Assembly (NCBI RefSeq): GCF_018350175.1
Contig: NC_058383.1
Span: forward strand, 558,001-622,000
Origin: Felis catus
Taxonomy: Eukaryota
Direction: 5' to 3'
Length of the DNA stretch: 64,000 nt
Positions within the stretch are counted from its first letter, which is position 1; every line of letters starts with the position of its first letter. Shown here in pieces: positions 61,003-64,000 of this stretch. The position numbers and the translations under genes were made by a program. The notes under the pieces are model-generated. The model was given only the letters and a program-made list of their open reading frames with translations. It ran no database searches and was not told the DNA's origin.

Positions 61003-61881
61003 TCCTTCGTTTGTTTTGGACCCAGAAAGTGGCCACTGGTGCCGAGCAGGGCGTACTTTGCTGGCCGTGCAGAAACTCCAGCGTGGACGGCCTGCTCCGG
61101 ACAGCGCCGGGCCCCCACGCTGCCCTGCCGAGGCCTCCCTCTCTCCGGCGGCAAGATGCACAGCTGAAGAATGTGTTTTAATGAGCATGAACGTGAAATC
61201 CTTCCGCCCCTGAGCGCCACGGGAGGAGGAAGCGAGCCCAACAGGCGGCGGCATAGTTGTGGCCCCGCGTAATCGGTGCTGCCCCCCGCGAGGCGGGCCC
61301 CCCATTCATTCCGGGCAGCGTCTGGGTGGGGGCTCACCCCGGGGGTCCCAGCCCAGCACAGCCCTGGGGACGGGCAGCCACAGCAGCTGCTTGCCTCTGT
61401 CAGTGACAGGCGCGAGTGTGGCCGACACGGATTACGGCCCCAGCGCCAGCTGTCGCCGGGCCTCGTAAAAATGACTCACGCGCCTCCAGCCTGGGAACCG
61501 GGAGCCTCTTTTAAAAACCAACGTCTTCGTTTGAGGTCCTTGTAGATGGGCGCACGGAAAGAGGCCACAGACATCTTTGTCCGCCAGTGACAACGCGCCA
61601 CAGAGCTTGGGGTGCCGCGCCACCCAGGGTCCCGACGTGGGTTCCGACTCTCCACCCCCACTGCGCACACGCTCGCGTTCAGTCCGGCACAACGTCCTCC
61701 CGGGGCACCGCACGCCTGGGGACCCGACGCTGTTTTCCAAGAGGAGAGTCTCGCTTCCGACTCTCCGGGGCGAGAAGACACGACGGCACGGTGTGAGGCC
61801 GTTAGCGGGGCAGAGGGCGGGGGGCTCGGGGTCGGCACACGGGAGCGACGCGGACGGAGCCCCCGTGAGGGCGGCACTCAC

Positions 61882-62003
61882 CTCCGTGATGATGAAGAAG
61901 TCGTCCCCGGGCTCCCCCTGGACCACAATCTTCTCTCCGTCCTCAAACTGCACAGGCTCCAAGGCGTCAGCCACGGTCAGGCGCTCCCACTTCTCCAGCG
62001 ACT
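61882..62003 (-). CDS. PRKAR1B: PRKAR1B third-from-last exon ([41 protein letters not shown]); gene continues beyond the window
   Basis: 122 nt; cactctag|AG acceptor, GAG|gtgagt donor; start of cAMP-binding domain B. Confidence 0.97.
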
Positions 62004-64000
62004 CTAGAGTGGGCGACAAGGGGACCGTCACTGCGGCCTCGCCCCTGCCCTGCACCCGAGCGCTCGCTCAGCCAAGTGCCGCGGATCGGCAGCGAGGGAC
62101 CCGGGGCGCGTCTGTGCGCTCGGAGGGCCTGGGCCTCGCAGCACTAAGTTGGGCCCAGGAGGGGCCCCGGCCAGCGCGCCCGCCGAGCCCTGAGGCCACG
62201 ACGCGGTTTAACGCGAGCCTGCTCGGAACCACCACCGGCTGGGAAGACGCTTCGTCACCGCTCAGCTGCGAGGCTCCGCATGGCTCGCCTTCCGTTATTT
62301 CAGGTCAACACACTTAATTCCAACTCACGCTTCTCGGCACAGCTTGCAAGTTCCGTGTCCCCTGCCGCCCCTCCCCACACCTCCCCTTCCTGGTCACTGT
62401 CCATCCCTAGCCCTCAGGAAGGGAAAAAACACCCAATACGCCCCATGCGCTCCTTCTGTAAGAAAATTAACGACCGCCTGATTAACTATTTCCTTCTCGG
62501 CAGAAGAAACCTCCTCGGCCTAGACTCCTCAGATGCTGCTTAAGTGGGTCAGCGGCTAAAAATACAAAGCAAAGCATTTATTTTAGAACTAGGTTAGGAG
62601 CGGGATTTCTCCACTTTAAGACGCCTGCCAGTGCTTCTCGTAGCAAAGGACCGGCTTTCGGGGAGCCGTCAGTGCACGCGCCCCATCGGCCCGCCTGGAA
62701 AGGTCTGCAAGGCCGGCGGGGCCGCTGGGGACTCAGAAGCCGGGCGTTCCCACGCAGCCCCGCACATCCACCGCCGGGGACCGAACAGAGCAGCGGCCTC
62801 AGGAGCGGCACGAGGGGTGCTCGTCGGAGGTGGGCGCGGGCGGGCCGGCCGGCCGGCCAACGCGGAGGTCTTGCCCGTGGGTTCCGAGCGAGAGCCACGA
62901 GTCACGCTGCTGGGGGGACACGTGTCCCCGCGTGTCTCTTCAGCAGGTTCCTTGTTACACCTGAAAGGTGACGCTCCAAGGCCTGAACGTCGACTCGCGA
63001 AGCTGCGTCCCGTCAGAAGACGCCAGGAGACGGCGGTTTCTGGGCCCCGATTACTGAACGGTCTCTTCTCTGAGGCAACTCAGGAAACAAGCCCCGGGAG
63101 TGGTTCTTCTGCTGTGCACAGCCCGACCCTCCAGGCAGCACGGTCCCTTTCCCGAGTGGGACGGTCAACATTGCACCCGCACAGAATGCAAACGGAGGCA
63201 GGCGTCCCTCCGCTGTCACAGACGTCCTGCAGCCGGAGCCCGAGAGCCAGCAGGCGTGTGGCCTGCAAGCAGGACATGGGGAGGCCGCGGTGGCTTCTGC
63301 GCTCACACCCCCCGGGGTTCTGCCACGTTCAGTGCCCCCCAGCGGCCGACTCCTATGTCCGTGCACAGAAACCAGAACCCCCGGGCCCCGGGCGCACCGT
63401 GGCCGCCACGCTCCTTCCTGCCGGGGGCAGGCTGCCCAGACCAAGGCCCTCCCGCCTTCCAATGCCGGAGGGCTCCGTGCAGCTGGGTGACTGAGGGCCA
63501 AGGGGTCAGTCTTGGGGTCGCTCTGCCCGACGGCCACGGAGAAGCGCTAGCTGGCAGTGGGTTCATCGGAGGGAACAAAGCTTCCGCGTGCGGCTGAGCA
63601 GAGCACTGAGCGCGCCTGGCACACAGGAAGAGCAGGAGGGATCGGAAGGCGACCGGGGCGCTTGGGCTCCGAGGGAACGGGAGATGGTGAGGGACCAGGG
63701 GGCCCCAGGCCCGGGGATTTCTCGTGGGGCTAAAACAGCCCTGCTCCCAGCCTCCGTGAGACCCCGAGGACCCGCCCACGAGGCTGCCGAGTCTCGCGTC
63801 GCCGAGTGTGACACTGACCCATCAGCACAGCACCCCTTCGCATGACGCGCCCAGACCAGGCACCTGCAGAGACGGGCTCGTGGGCACAGGGCCTCCCCCG
63901 GGGGCGACAAGAAGGTTCTGGAACCAGGGAGTGGGGGTGGGGGCACAACCCTGAGTGCAGACGCCCCGAAGGGAAAAACTCTGGGACAGCGGATGCACTT

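Noticed and set aside
62004..64000. Further upstream PRKAR1B exon
   Set aside because: I found no sequence encoding the expected preceding peptide (GSTLRKRKMYEEFL-like); it must lie beyond the window.

Overview
This is GC-rich mammalian genomic DNA, not prokaryotic. Four CAN-SINE (SINEC_Fc-type) insertions point to a felid (cat family). The window holds the complete PDGFA gene on the minus strand: 7 exons, all GT-AG, encoding a 196-aa short and a 211-aa long (exon 6, basic tail) isoform. It also includes the TATA/GC-box/CArG promoter and a large CpG island (~23-30 kb). About 22 kb upstream, also on the minus strand, lie the last three exons and 3' UTR of PRKAR1B (PKA RI-beta, cAMP-binding domain B), the same gene order as human 7p22.3. 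The rest is intronic or intergenic DNA with old L1/L2/MIR/LTR/hAT relics, two minisatellites and several microsatellites. Almost all ORFs in the supplied track are GC-content artefacts. I found no new gene system I can prove from sequence alone. The best leads are cryptic PDGFA features: (1) an upstream ATG-containing exon with a perfect donor, in frame with exon 2, predicting a signal-peptide-less and possibly nuclear PDGF-A; (2) 5' UTR uORFs linked by TGATG/ATGA stop-start overlaps; (3) an in-frame internal donor in exon 6; (4) a candidate poison exon in intron 1. Outside PDGFA there is a 61-bp minisatellite born from an L1 3' end, a GC-box minisatellite, and strong AT-to-GC remodelling of old repeats. 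Comparisons with human sequences and repeat consensuses are from memory and need alignment.
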